This document shows, piece by piece, positions 1 through 5,737 of a stretch of DNA of 41,897 bases. The stretch lies in the IMG/VR virus record IMGVR_UViG_3300043640_000065, positions 1-41,897 of that record; one strand, 5' to 3'. This DNA comes from a virus. The notes beneath the pieces are model-generated. The model searched no databases. It was not told where the DNA came from and saw nothing but the letters and a program-made list of their open reading frames with translations. The position numbers and the translations under genes are program-made. Position 1 is the first letter of the stretch. Each line of letters starts with the position of its first letter.

Positions 1-127
1 GGAATCGGAATACTAGGAAGCCATGCCCTCGGAAAATGGCAAGAATACGAAGACAAAAAATAAGGGGAAATAATGGATACACAAGTTTTTAAAATCATGA
101 TGGTATATAAAGACGGAACACAATCGC
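1..127. repeat. Terminal direct repeat, copy A (identical to 41771..41897)
   Basis: Base-by-base comparison of the two window ends gives 127/127 identity. Confidence 0.97.
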
Positions 128-351
128 CTATCTCGGAGGTGAAAGACATCCTTGTAAAGCCATGTCTAACCGATCCGAAGGTGAATGAGATTGTCAGAGG
201 TCTTTTGAAGATCACCAATCAAACACAAGGAACGTTAGTGATATGGGGACGTGACATTTGCACGGCAACAAATATCATTGACGACACCAAAATTACAAAG
301 AAAATTGAGGAGGCAGTCAATGGAGCAACAGCCAGCGAAGCAAGTTCGTAG
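73..351 (+). CDS. Hypothetical protein (92 aa)
   Basis: ATG preceded by AAGGGG. First gene after the junction. No motif recognised. Confidence 0.55.
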   Translation: MDTQVFKIMMVYKDGTQSPISEVKDILVKPCLTDPKVNEIVRGLLKITNQTQGTLVIWGRDICTATNIIDDTKITKKIEEAVNGATASEASS

Positions 352-532
352 CATCTGCGATAAATGCTTAGTAAATATCCTGAAAGCAGCGCAAGGAATC
401 GTACACGCACCTATTGAAGTAGGTGACAGTGTTGATACGGAAGTTGAATTTATGGACGATGGCAACGGGCATAAGTTCAAGCTTTACATGAAGCTTACGA
501 ATGAAGGATCAATCCCAAGCGAAGCAATGTAA
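320..532 (+). CDS. Hypothetical protein (70 aa)
   Basis: ATG at 320 preceded by GAGGAGG (307..313); the 251 start in the ORF track has no SD. Stop TAA 530..532 lies inside palindrome copy 1. Confidence 0.5.
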   Translation: MEQQPAKQVRSICDKCLVNILKAAQGIVHAPIEVGDSVDTEVEFMDDGNGHKFKLYMKLTNEGSIPSEAM

Positions 533-546
533 AACCGCTTTACATT
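526..546. repeat. Palindrome copy 1: aATGTAAA-ACCGC-TTTACATt
   Basis: 7-8 bp perfect inverted arms with a 5-nt loop. Same motif at 4641, 33996 and 35703. Confidence 0.9.
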
Positions 547-590
547 GAAAAGGAAGTTTGCCAATTCCTTGGATTGATCCATTATGTTAG

Positions 591-617
591 CCTGAATGCC
601 CCGGCATTCGGGTATTT
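591..617 (+). terminator. Candidate intrinsic terminator
   Basis: GC-rich stem CCTGAATGC/GCATTCGGG followed by TATTT, downstream of ORF 320..532. Confidence 0.45.
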
Positions 618-637
618 AAAAGGGGAGGACAAGGAAT

Positions 638-928
638 ATGGCGAACGTTATTGATTATCAACAGGACTTAGAGCTTGAGAACTTCATTGATCCCGAAGCT
701 CTAAAATCTATAATTTTGGAAACCATTTTGCAATCTACAGATCAATTAAGCTCTTGCGTCGTAAGCTTTGCCTATGTCGCTATCCAAAAGTTTATAAGCC
801 ATTGCAAAGATCACAACATTGACCCCTTGAAAATGAATTACGAGGAAGTCAAAGAGTTTGTCGATCGACACTTGAAAAAAGAACTAGATCGGGAAATGAA
901 AAAACCCCTACCAGTGCTTGAACACTGA
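638..928 (+). CDS. Hypothetical protein (96 aa)
   Basis: ATG preceded by AGGGGAGGA. No motif recognised. Confidence 0.6.
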   Translation: MANVIDYQQDLELENFIDPEALKSIILETILQSTDQLSSCVVSFAYVAIQKFISHCKDHNIDPLKMNYEEVKEFVDRHLKKELDREMKKPLPVLEH

Positions 929-953
929 TAGGGTAAACCTAAACAAGGAATCT

Positions 954-1541
954 ATGAAAAAATTAACTGGGCCGGATTATAACGAGGAGATCCCGAAAGG
1001 GTACACTAGGGTTACTGAAGTCCTTACACCATACAAGAACTTCGATAACATTCTTCCGGACGTACTCCACCAAGCAGCCGAAAGAGGGGATAAAGTGCAT
1101 GACATTTGCGAACTCTACTCATTAAATATGCTTATAGAAAAACCTTCCGAAGAAGTAAAGCCCTTTTTTGAATCCTTTAAGTTTTGGTTTGATGAATACG
1201 TTACCGAAACCGTTATGACCGAAGAAAGACTTTCTCACCCCGGACTTTTTCTCACTGGCAAGTTTGACTTGCTTTGTACGATTCAAGGAAGTGAAGATCT
1301 TGTCCTTGTAGACTACAAAACTCCTGCGGTGCATGAAATATCATGGCGCTTGCAAATGGCAGCGTATAGCTATTTGCTTAGAGAATTACGGGGTATTGAC
1401 GTTAAGCGACGTATTTCATTACGCTTGAGCCGAGAAGGCAAGCCACCGTCGATCGTCGAGTATACCGATCACGCGCATGACGAAAGACTTTATCTAAATC
1501 AGCTAGAAATTTATCGGTGCTTCAACCCTGTAATTCAGTGA
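954..1541 (+). CDS. PD-(D/E)XK family nuclease (Cas4/RecB-like exonuclease fold)
   Basis: Motifs GKFDLLC, LVLVDYKTP (D..D-x-K) and QMAAYSYLL (QxxxY). ATG 954 has an AAGGA SD; the track start at 918 is TTG. Confidence 0.6.
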   Translation: MKKLTGPDYNEEIPKGYTRVTEVLTPYKNFDNILPDVLHQAAERGDKVHDICELYSLNMLIEKPSEEVKPFFESFKFWFDEYVTETVMTEERLSHPGLFLTGKFDLLCTIQGSEDLVLVDYKTPAVHEISWRLQMAAYSYLLRELRGIDVKRRISLRLSREGKPPSIVEYTDHAHDERLYLNQLEIYRCFNPVIQ

Positions 1542-1577
1542 TTTGTTATCATTCTGCGCCTTGTGGTGATAATTCTC

Positions 1578-1606
1578 TTGCATAATAATTAGCGTTTGTC
1601 TATATT
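1578..1606 (+). promoter_or_regulatory. Sigma70-like promoter P1 (TTGCAT-17-TATATT)
   Basis: Hexamers with 17-nt spacing. The spacer and downstream AGACATAA are nearly identical to P3 at 34534. Confidence 0.55.
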
Positions 1607-1634
1607 TAAGACATAATCGAAACGATAGGTAAAT

Positions 1635-1883
1635 ATGAGACAGGAATATTACTTTAGGCTTGTGAAATACGAGTCGGGATTGATCAAGTGTTACTACATA
1701 AACCATGACGGAAAATGGAAGGTAACCGGAATCAATGTGCCGGACGACCTAGAAAAGCGTGGCCTGATAGTAAATGTCGAAGAAATTGCCGACAAAGATC
1801 ACAAGGAAAGCATTAAAAATGACGAACCAAAAAGAGTTAGAGATACCAGAACAAGCGGAACGAAGAAGAAAGGAAAAGCTTGA
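1635..1883 (+). CDS. Hypothetical protein (82 aa), basic C-terminus
   Basis: First ORF after P1, weak SD (AGGT). Its 3' end overlaps the next ORF by 65 nt. Confidence 0.45.
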   Translation: MRQEYYFRLVKYESGLIKCYYINHDGKWKVTGINVPDDLEKRGLIVNVEEIADKDHKESIKNDEPKRVRDTRTSGTKKKGKA

Positions 1884-2169
1884 CGATCTTCTTTATGAGA
1901 AGTTCAAGCACCTAAAGAATGACGACTTTCTTTTGAAAGCGTCTAAGTCATGGGACGACGACGAATTAGTTGACTATGAGACAATGATCGAACACCTTTC
2001 CGAGGTTGTCGATCAACACCTCTTTGACGAGGAACTAGCATTGAGCGAGCTACACAAGATTGATGAGAAATTATGGGACAAGTGGCTTTCTGAATACGAT
2101 GTGCCGGAGGAGTGTTGCGATCGTTGCGGAGGGAGAGGCTGCAATTATTGTCTTATGTGCAGCTACTAA
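1819..2169 (+). CDS. Hypothetical acidic protein with C-terminal Cys knuckle (CCDRCGGRGCNYCLMC)
   Basis: ATG 1819 preceded by AAGGAAAG. C-terminal CxxCxGxG-CxxC pattern. Followed by an 11-bp stem hairpin. Confidence 0.5.
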   Translation: MTNQKELEIPEQAERRRKEKLDDLLYEKFKHLKNDDFLLKASKSWDDDELVDYETMIEHLSEVVDQHLFDEELALSELHKIDEKLWDKWLSEYDVPEECCDRCGGRGCNYCLMCSY

Positions 2170-2182
2170 TAATAATAACAAG

Positions 2183-2209
2183 CACTCGGTTACGTTTTGT
2201 AACCGAGTG
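2183..2209 (+). terminator. Perfect 11-bp stem hairpin (CACTCGGTTAC-gtttt-GTAACCGAGTG)
   Basis: Seen directly. There is no downstream T-tract on the plus strand, so terminator function is uncertain. Confidence 0.4.
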
Positions 2210-2229
2210 AATAATAAAGGAGAAATCAA

Positions 2230-2466
2230 ATGGACGCAGCAACACTACTAACCGCCGGCGCTGCCGTGGTAACAATCGTAGGATCAAACATAGCTTTGAT
2301 CGGCTGGATTAGATCCGACGTTAAATCTTTCGAAACAAAGGTTGACGGTTGGAGGGCGGAGATTGATAAAGAAATGAAAGATTTTCACGGCAAGCTTTGC
2401 GCGATTGATGAAAGAACAAAAAGGACACACCATGAGCCAAGAAGAAAGGACAGTCGAAGAACTTAG
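2230..2466 (+). CDS. Small membrane-anchored protein (N-terminal TM segment, charged coiled C-terminus)
   Basis: AAAGGAGA SD. Hydrophobic LLTAGAAVVTIVGSNIALIGWI followed by a charged tail. Confidence 0.55.
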   Translation: MDAATLLTAGAAVVTIVGSNIALIGWIRSDVKSFETKVDGWRAEIDKEMKDFHGKLCAIDERTKRTHHEPRRKDSRRT

Positions 2467-2581
2467 AGAAATACAAGATAAGCTTCGAGCATTGATAGAC
2501 TATCATGTGGTTAGAGCAGCGGATTACATAACACAAATTCACGCAATTGATACGATCATTGCAAAGAAGGTCGAGACATGA
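2432..2581 (+). CDS. Small ORF (49 aa), below the ORF-track cutoff
   Basis: ATG with AAGGA SD. Fills an otherwise non-coding gap. Its stop overlaps the next ATG (ATGA). Confidence 0.3.
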   Translation: MSQEERTVEELREIQDKLRALIDYHVVRAADYITQIHAIDTIIAKKVET

Positions 2582-2748
2582 AAAACAGAAACTACGGAGG
2601 CTTTAGCTGGGCACGCCTATTAGGAATCAGCGCAGCTAAAAGCAAAGTATCACGAAAAATCGGTATGCCTCTAACTAAGGGCGGACGACAAAGAAAAGCC
2701 GGAGCCGGCAGCATTTTAGCTATGCTCTTTACAATGTTTTTTGATTAA
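2578..2748 (+). CDS. Small ORF (56 aa), basic with hydrophobic C-terminus
   Basis: ATGA coupling to the previous small ORF. Translated by hand: MKNRNYGGFSWARLLGISAAKSKVSRKIG...ILAMLFTMFFD. Confidence 0.35.
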   Translation: MKNRNYGGFSWARLLGISAAKSKVSRKIGMPLTKGGRQRKAGAGSILAMLFTMFFD

Positions 2749-2773
2749 GGTACGCAGGTACAAAAGGTACAAA

Positions 2774-3016
2774 ATGGATATTGAAACGGTTGAATACTTG
2801 GTAAATATGGGAGCTGCTTTCCATAAAGTTGATCGACTGAACTTTGATTTACGCGAGCAACTAGAAAGAAACGACGGTACAGGTGATTATCTCGAACCGG
2901 AAGAATTGGCTTCCGATCCTGAAAGGGTAAAGAAGTTAATGAATTATCTGAAAGAGCATATTCGCAATGTTGATTGTGCGATTTATTGCATACGTCCATC
3001 CAAATACGATTTATAA
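2774..3016 (+). CDS. Hypothetical protein (80 aa)
   Basis: ATG 2774 with AAAGG SD; the track start at 2741 is TTG. Confidence 0.45.
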   Translation: MDIETVEYLVNMGAAFHKVDRLNFDLREQLERNDGTGDYLEPEELASDPERVKKLMNYLKEHIRNVDCAIYCIRPSKYDL

Positions 3017-3026
3017 GGGGAATAAA

Positions 3027-3629
3027 ATGTTTGATTTTGAAGAAGCTAACAAGATGCTGGAAAGCGAAGAAACCGAGATATGCCTACCATCAGGCAGTTT
3101 ACTACCTATTTCGGCTCAAAATGCCATAGATGAAATTAAGGGTAAGATCGACATTCAACCCCTTGTAAATCAAGCGGAAGGGTATCAGATTGCTAACGTT
3201 GAACAAGCAACGCAAGCCCTATCTATGGCGCTACAAGCTAGAAAGCTAGTTACGGCACTGATAGACAGCAAAAAGGAAATCACGAAGCCACAACTTGATT
3301 TTCAAAGAGCGGTTAACAAGCTAGTAGCTGACTACACGGAAAAACTTCAAGCCATTGAAAACGGATTGAAAGACAAGATTGAAACATGGATTGATGAAAG
3401 CACCGAGCAAGGCTTTACTTCCGGGCTTGATTCAATCCAAGTTCCTGACGGAAGCTTAAAGCGCGTGACTACATGGGAGTTTGACGTTGAGGATTCTAGC
3501 GAGATACCTTTTGAATATATGACACCTGATATCGAAGGAATTAACAAAGCGATAAAAGGGGGCGTAAGGCATATTCCGGGCGTGAAAATCTACACGAAAC
3601 AAGAAGTAAAATTAAGGGTGAAGAACTAG
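3027..3629 (+). CDS. Hypothetical coiled-coil protein (200 aa) in the recombination module
   Basis: ATG 3027 preceded by AAGGGG. Heptad-like central region. Function not assignable from sequence. Confidence 0.5.
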   Translation: MFDFEEANKMLESEETEICLPSGSLLPISAQNAIDEIKGKIDIQPLVNQAEGYQIANVEQATQALSMALQARKLVTALIDSKKEITKPQLDFQRAVNKLVADYTEKLQAIENGLKDKIETWIDESTEQGFTSGLDSIQVPDGSLKRVTTWEFDVEDSSEIPFEYMTPDIEGINKAIKGGVRHIPGVKIYTKQEVKLRVKN

Positions 3630-3637
3630 AATAATCA

Positions 3638-3667
3638 TTGATTGTTAATATTGCAATCGTGTATAAT
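3638..3667 (+). promoter_or_regulatory. Sigma70-like promoter P2 (TTGATT-18-TATAAT)
   Basis: Consensus -10 followed by TAGAC, as in P1 and P3. Lies upstream of the RecT-like gene. Confidence 0.5.
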
Positions 3668-3702
3668 TAGACTTTAGAGAAACCCAAAAACAAGGAAATA
3701 CT

Positions 3703-4641
3703 ATGAATCAAGTCCCGGCAATGCGTGAGAATTTCGCAGTACAACACACCAATAATTTCATGCCTTCGATGCAGGAATTAGAACAACTTGGCCGGCTATG
3801 CCACACACTAGCCCAAGCCCCGTTTTATGCAAAGCTTGGAGCCGGCGGAGTGCTTGCAATCTGGCTAACTGCTAGAGAGCTTAAGTTACCGCCTATGATG
3901 TGCCTTAACGGAGGTTTACATAACATTGAAGGAAAAGTATCCATGAGCGCTCAGCTTATGAATATGATGATTATCAATGCAGGGCATAATATTGAAGTCC
4001 TTTACTTAACCGATCAAGGTTGTGCAATCCGATTTACACGGGTTTACAAAACAGGAAAAACAAAGTCGGACGAATACGAATTCAATATGAAGGACGCACA
4101 CCGAGCTAAATATTTCGGTGAACAGGGGCCAAATGGCACAATGCTATCGAAGCCTAAAGCTAATTGGGTAATGTATCCGCGCGACATGTTCTTTGCTAGG
4201 GCTTTATCCGGAGGAGCTAAAAAGTTTCTTCCTGAAGTCATGATGAATTGCTACGTCTTCGGAGAAATTGAAGACGCGCAAGCCGAAGAAATTCAAGGAT
4301 CACATGAGTTCGTAAATAATATCGTGCCAACTGGTGAAGCTCCAAAAGCTCAAATTGAATTGCCACCAGTTCAACCGGAGCCACCAAAAGAACCTGTAAA
4401 GCCAGTGCCTACAGAGCAAGAGATCTGCGAGTTTAAAGAGAAATTCGGCATAGGAACCGAGTCACTTCATGAAGTTTACTTAGAGGCAATTTGCAAAAAG
4501 TCTAAGAAAAACAAAGATGAAATGATCGTTTGTGCTGCGATGAATGAAGTTGGATTCATTGACGCTTTTAATAAATGGGAATCAGGATTGAAGAAGAAGC
4601 AAGAAGGAAACGAGTCACCGGTCGGGTTAGCCGTTTCCTAA
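3703..4641 (+). CDS. recT: RecT-family single-strand annealing protein
   Basis: Central region (..SMSAQLMNMMI.., ..NWVMYPRDMFFARALSGGAKKFLPEV..GEIED) resembles the RecT core. Pro/Glu-rich linker and C-terminal extension. Confidence 0.65.
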   Translation: MNQVPAMRENFAVQHTNNFMPSMQELEQLGRLCHTLAQAPFYAKLGAGGVLAIWLTARELKLPPMMCLNGGLHNIEGKVSMSAQLMNMMIINAGHNIEVLYLTDQGCAIRFTRVYKTGKTKSDEYEFNMKDAHRAKYFGEQGPNGTMLSKPKANWVMYPRDMFFARALSGGAKKFLPEVMMNCYVFGEIEDAQAEEIQGSHEFVNNIVPTGEAPKAQIELPPVQPEPPKEPVKPVPTEQEICEFKEKFGIGTESLHEVYLEAICKKSKKNKDEMIVCAAMNEVGFIDAFNKWESGLKKKQEGNESPVGLAVS

Positions 4642-4675
4642 TGTAAAGCTGCTTTACATGTAAGACAATCTTACA
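4641..4675. terminator. Palindrome copy 2 (ATGTAAA-GCTGC-TTTACAT) plus an adjoining TGTAAG-ACAAT-CTTACA hairpin between convergent genes
   Basis: Two tandem hairpins fill the 38-bp gap between the recT stop (4639..4641) and the lipoprotein stop (4680..4682). Confidence 0.6.
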
Positions 4676-4679
4676 TTGC

Positions 4680-5024
4680 TTACCTTGGTTGAGCCGGGCC
4701 GTTCATTCCCTTCGGTGTGCCCACCGGAGGGATTCCACTCGGGCCGTCTGCCATAGATAATAAAGTATGTCCATTTAAAGAGCTATTAACTTTTGATAAT
4801 GGAACTACAGGAACTACGGGAGTAACCGGCGCAGGCGTCGGAGTAATTGAAAGAGAGGGGATAGGCGATCCATTTAAGGGAATGGTCGCAGTGACGCTAG
4901 GCTTGTCTTCGTTATCGACGACATCCGAAGCCGTTCCCTCTGTGTGAACCATTGAAATAGTGTAAGTGCAACCAGTCAAGCTAAGCATACTTAGCATTAA
5001 ACTGATTAATAAGCTCTTTTTCAT
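4680..5024 (-). CDS. Lipoprotein (114 aa), Pro/Thr/Val-rich
   Basis: Signal peptide with lipobox LSLTGC. AGAGGGG SD. Last gene of the late block. Confidence 0.7.
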   Translation of the reverse strand: MKKSLLISLMLSMLSLTGCTYTISMVHTEGTASDVVDNEDKPSVTATIPLNGSPIPSLSITPTPAPVTPVVPVVPLSKVNSSLNGHTLLSMADGPSGIPPVGTPKGMNGPAQPR

Positions 5025-5047
5025 GAAAAAACCCCTCTTTCTTGAAT

Positions 5048-5737
5048 TTAAATTGACGTTGTTTCCGGAGATTCCGGCTTTTTATCCAATAAAACACTAG
5101 TTATGCAACCGATATTTCCGGCGTGATTAAATTGAATCATCGGATCAATCCAAATTCTAGTGCCAGATTCACGCGCTCTACGGCAGAATGTATAATCTTC
5201 ACCCCAAAACTCGCCTTCCCAAATTTCGCAAAGAAAGAATGCAAAGCCGGGAGGAAGATCTTTAGCTTTCGGTGTAAATTTAAGATCAGGAAATTTATCG
5301 ATTATTCTTTCAAAAACACAACGTTTGATTAGCATAAAGCCAGCCGGGATATACTCCATTTCAAGCAATCCTTTTTCAGGATTCGTAACTATTTTTCCGT
5401 CTTCTTCTGTTTTTGGTCGAAAAGTAAAGGATTTATCAATGCGATTTGGATAAACACCACCGATGAAATCCTCATTCTTTTGAAGTAAGGCTAACACTGC
5501 TTGAGGGGGCCAACCCAAATCCGAGTCAAGGCAAAGCATATGCGTGCAATCCGATCTTAAGAAAGCATCAACTAATCTATTTCTCTCCGCTTCAAGCAAA
5601 GATCCAGAGGTGACAATTTGAAACTGTACACCAATTTGGTGCATAGAAAGCATTAAGGTTGTCTCGGCTAATGAGATAGCAAATGGAACGTGAACTTTAC
5701 CCTCGAAAGCTGGGGTTGCGATGAATATTTTAACCAT
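5048..5737 (-). CDS. GT-A fold (family 2-like) glycosyltransferase
   Basis: DxD-type motif CLDSDLGW and the GEDYTFCRRA segment. Start overlaps the fibre stop (TAATG). Confidence 0.6.
   Translation of the reverse strand: MVKIFIATPAFEGKVHVPFAISLAETTLMLSMHQIGVQFQIVTSGSLLEAERNRLVDAFLRSDCTHMLCLDSDLGWPPQAVLALLQKNEDFIGGVYPNRIDKSFTFRPKTEEDGKIVTNPEKGLLEMEYIPAGFMLIKRCVFERIIDKFPDLKFTPKAKDLPPGFAFFLCEIWEGEFWGEDYTFCRRARESGTRIWIDPMIQFNHAGNIGCITSVLLDKKPESPETTSI

Noticed and set aside
1-127. Interpreting the 127-bp repeat as an LTR/IS-type mobile-element end or as attL/attR.
   Set aside because: The repeat lies inside coding sequence (the end of a 227-aa ORF and the start of the next gene) and exactly at the window ends. 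This is what a circular or redundant assembly gives. There is no integrase and no flanking host DNA.
251-532. Longest-ORF starts from the track: 251, 918, 1774, 2741, 2967, 22551, 27738, 34493, 34794, 39753, 39820.
   Set aside because: Most of these are TTG/GTG codons and all lack an SD. Internal ATGs with good SD spacing and less overlap were preferred, so the starts were trimmed rather than the ORFs dropped.
526-546. TTTACA arms of the palindromes acting as -35 promoter hexamers.
   Set aside because: At the four full palindromes no acceptable -10 hexamer lies 16-19 nt downstream on either strand. Only the isolated half-site at 39779..39784 has one.
2060-2251. 63-aa ORF spanning the 2183..2209 hairpin and the start of the next gene.
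   Set aside because: It overlaps the 3' end of ORF 1819..2169 in another frame and runs across an intergenic hairpin and the SD of ORF 2230. It has no SD of its own.
4717-4947. Plus-strand ORF antisense to the lipoprotein gene. Similar antisense or alternate-frame ORFs in the track: 219..480, 1122..1334, 1503..1706, 5123..5332, 8286..8525, 11278..11487, 12163..12423, 12812..13313, 13877..14913, 16697..16924, 17291..17473, 18767..18976, 19051..19260, 19776..19958, 21308..21685, 22518..22736, 27214..27405, 27503..27820, 28406..28612, 29304..30419, 30764..31030, 31709..31912, 33642..33884, 36696..36923, 40729..40935, 41270..41641.
   Set aside because: They lie inside longer ORFs that have SD sites, translational coupling and recognisable domains. 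They have no SD of their own, and their products are low-complexity mirror images of the real frames.
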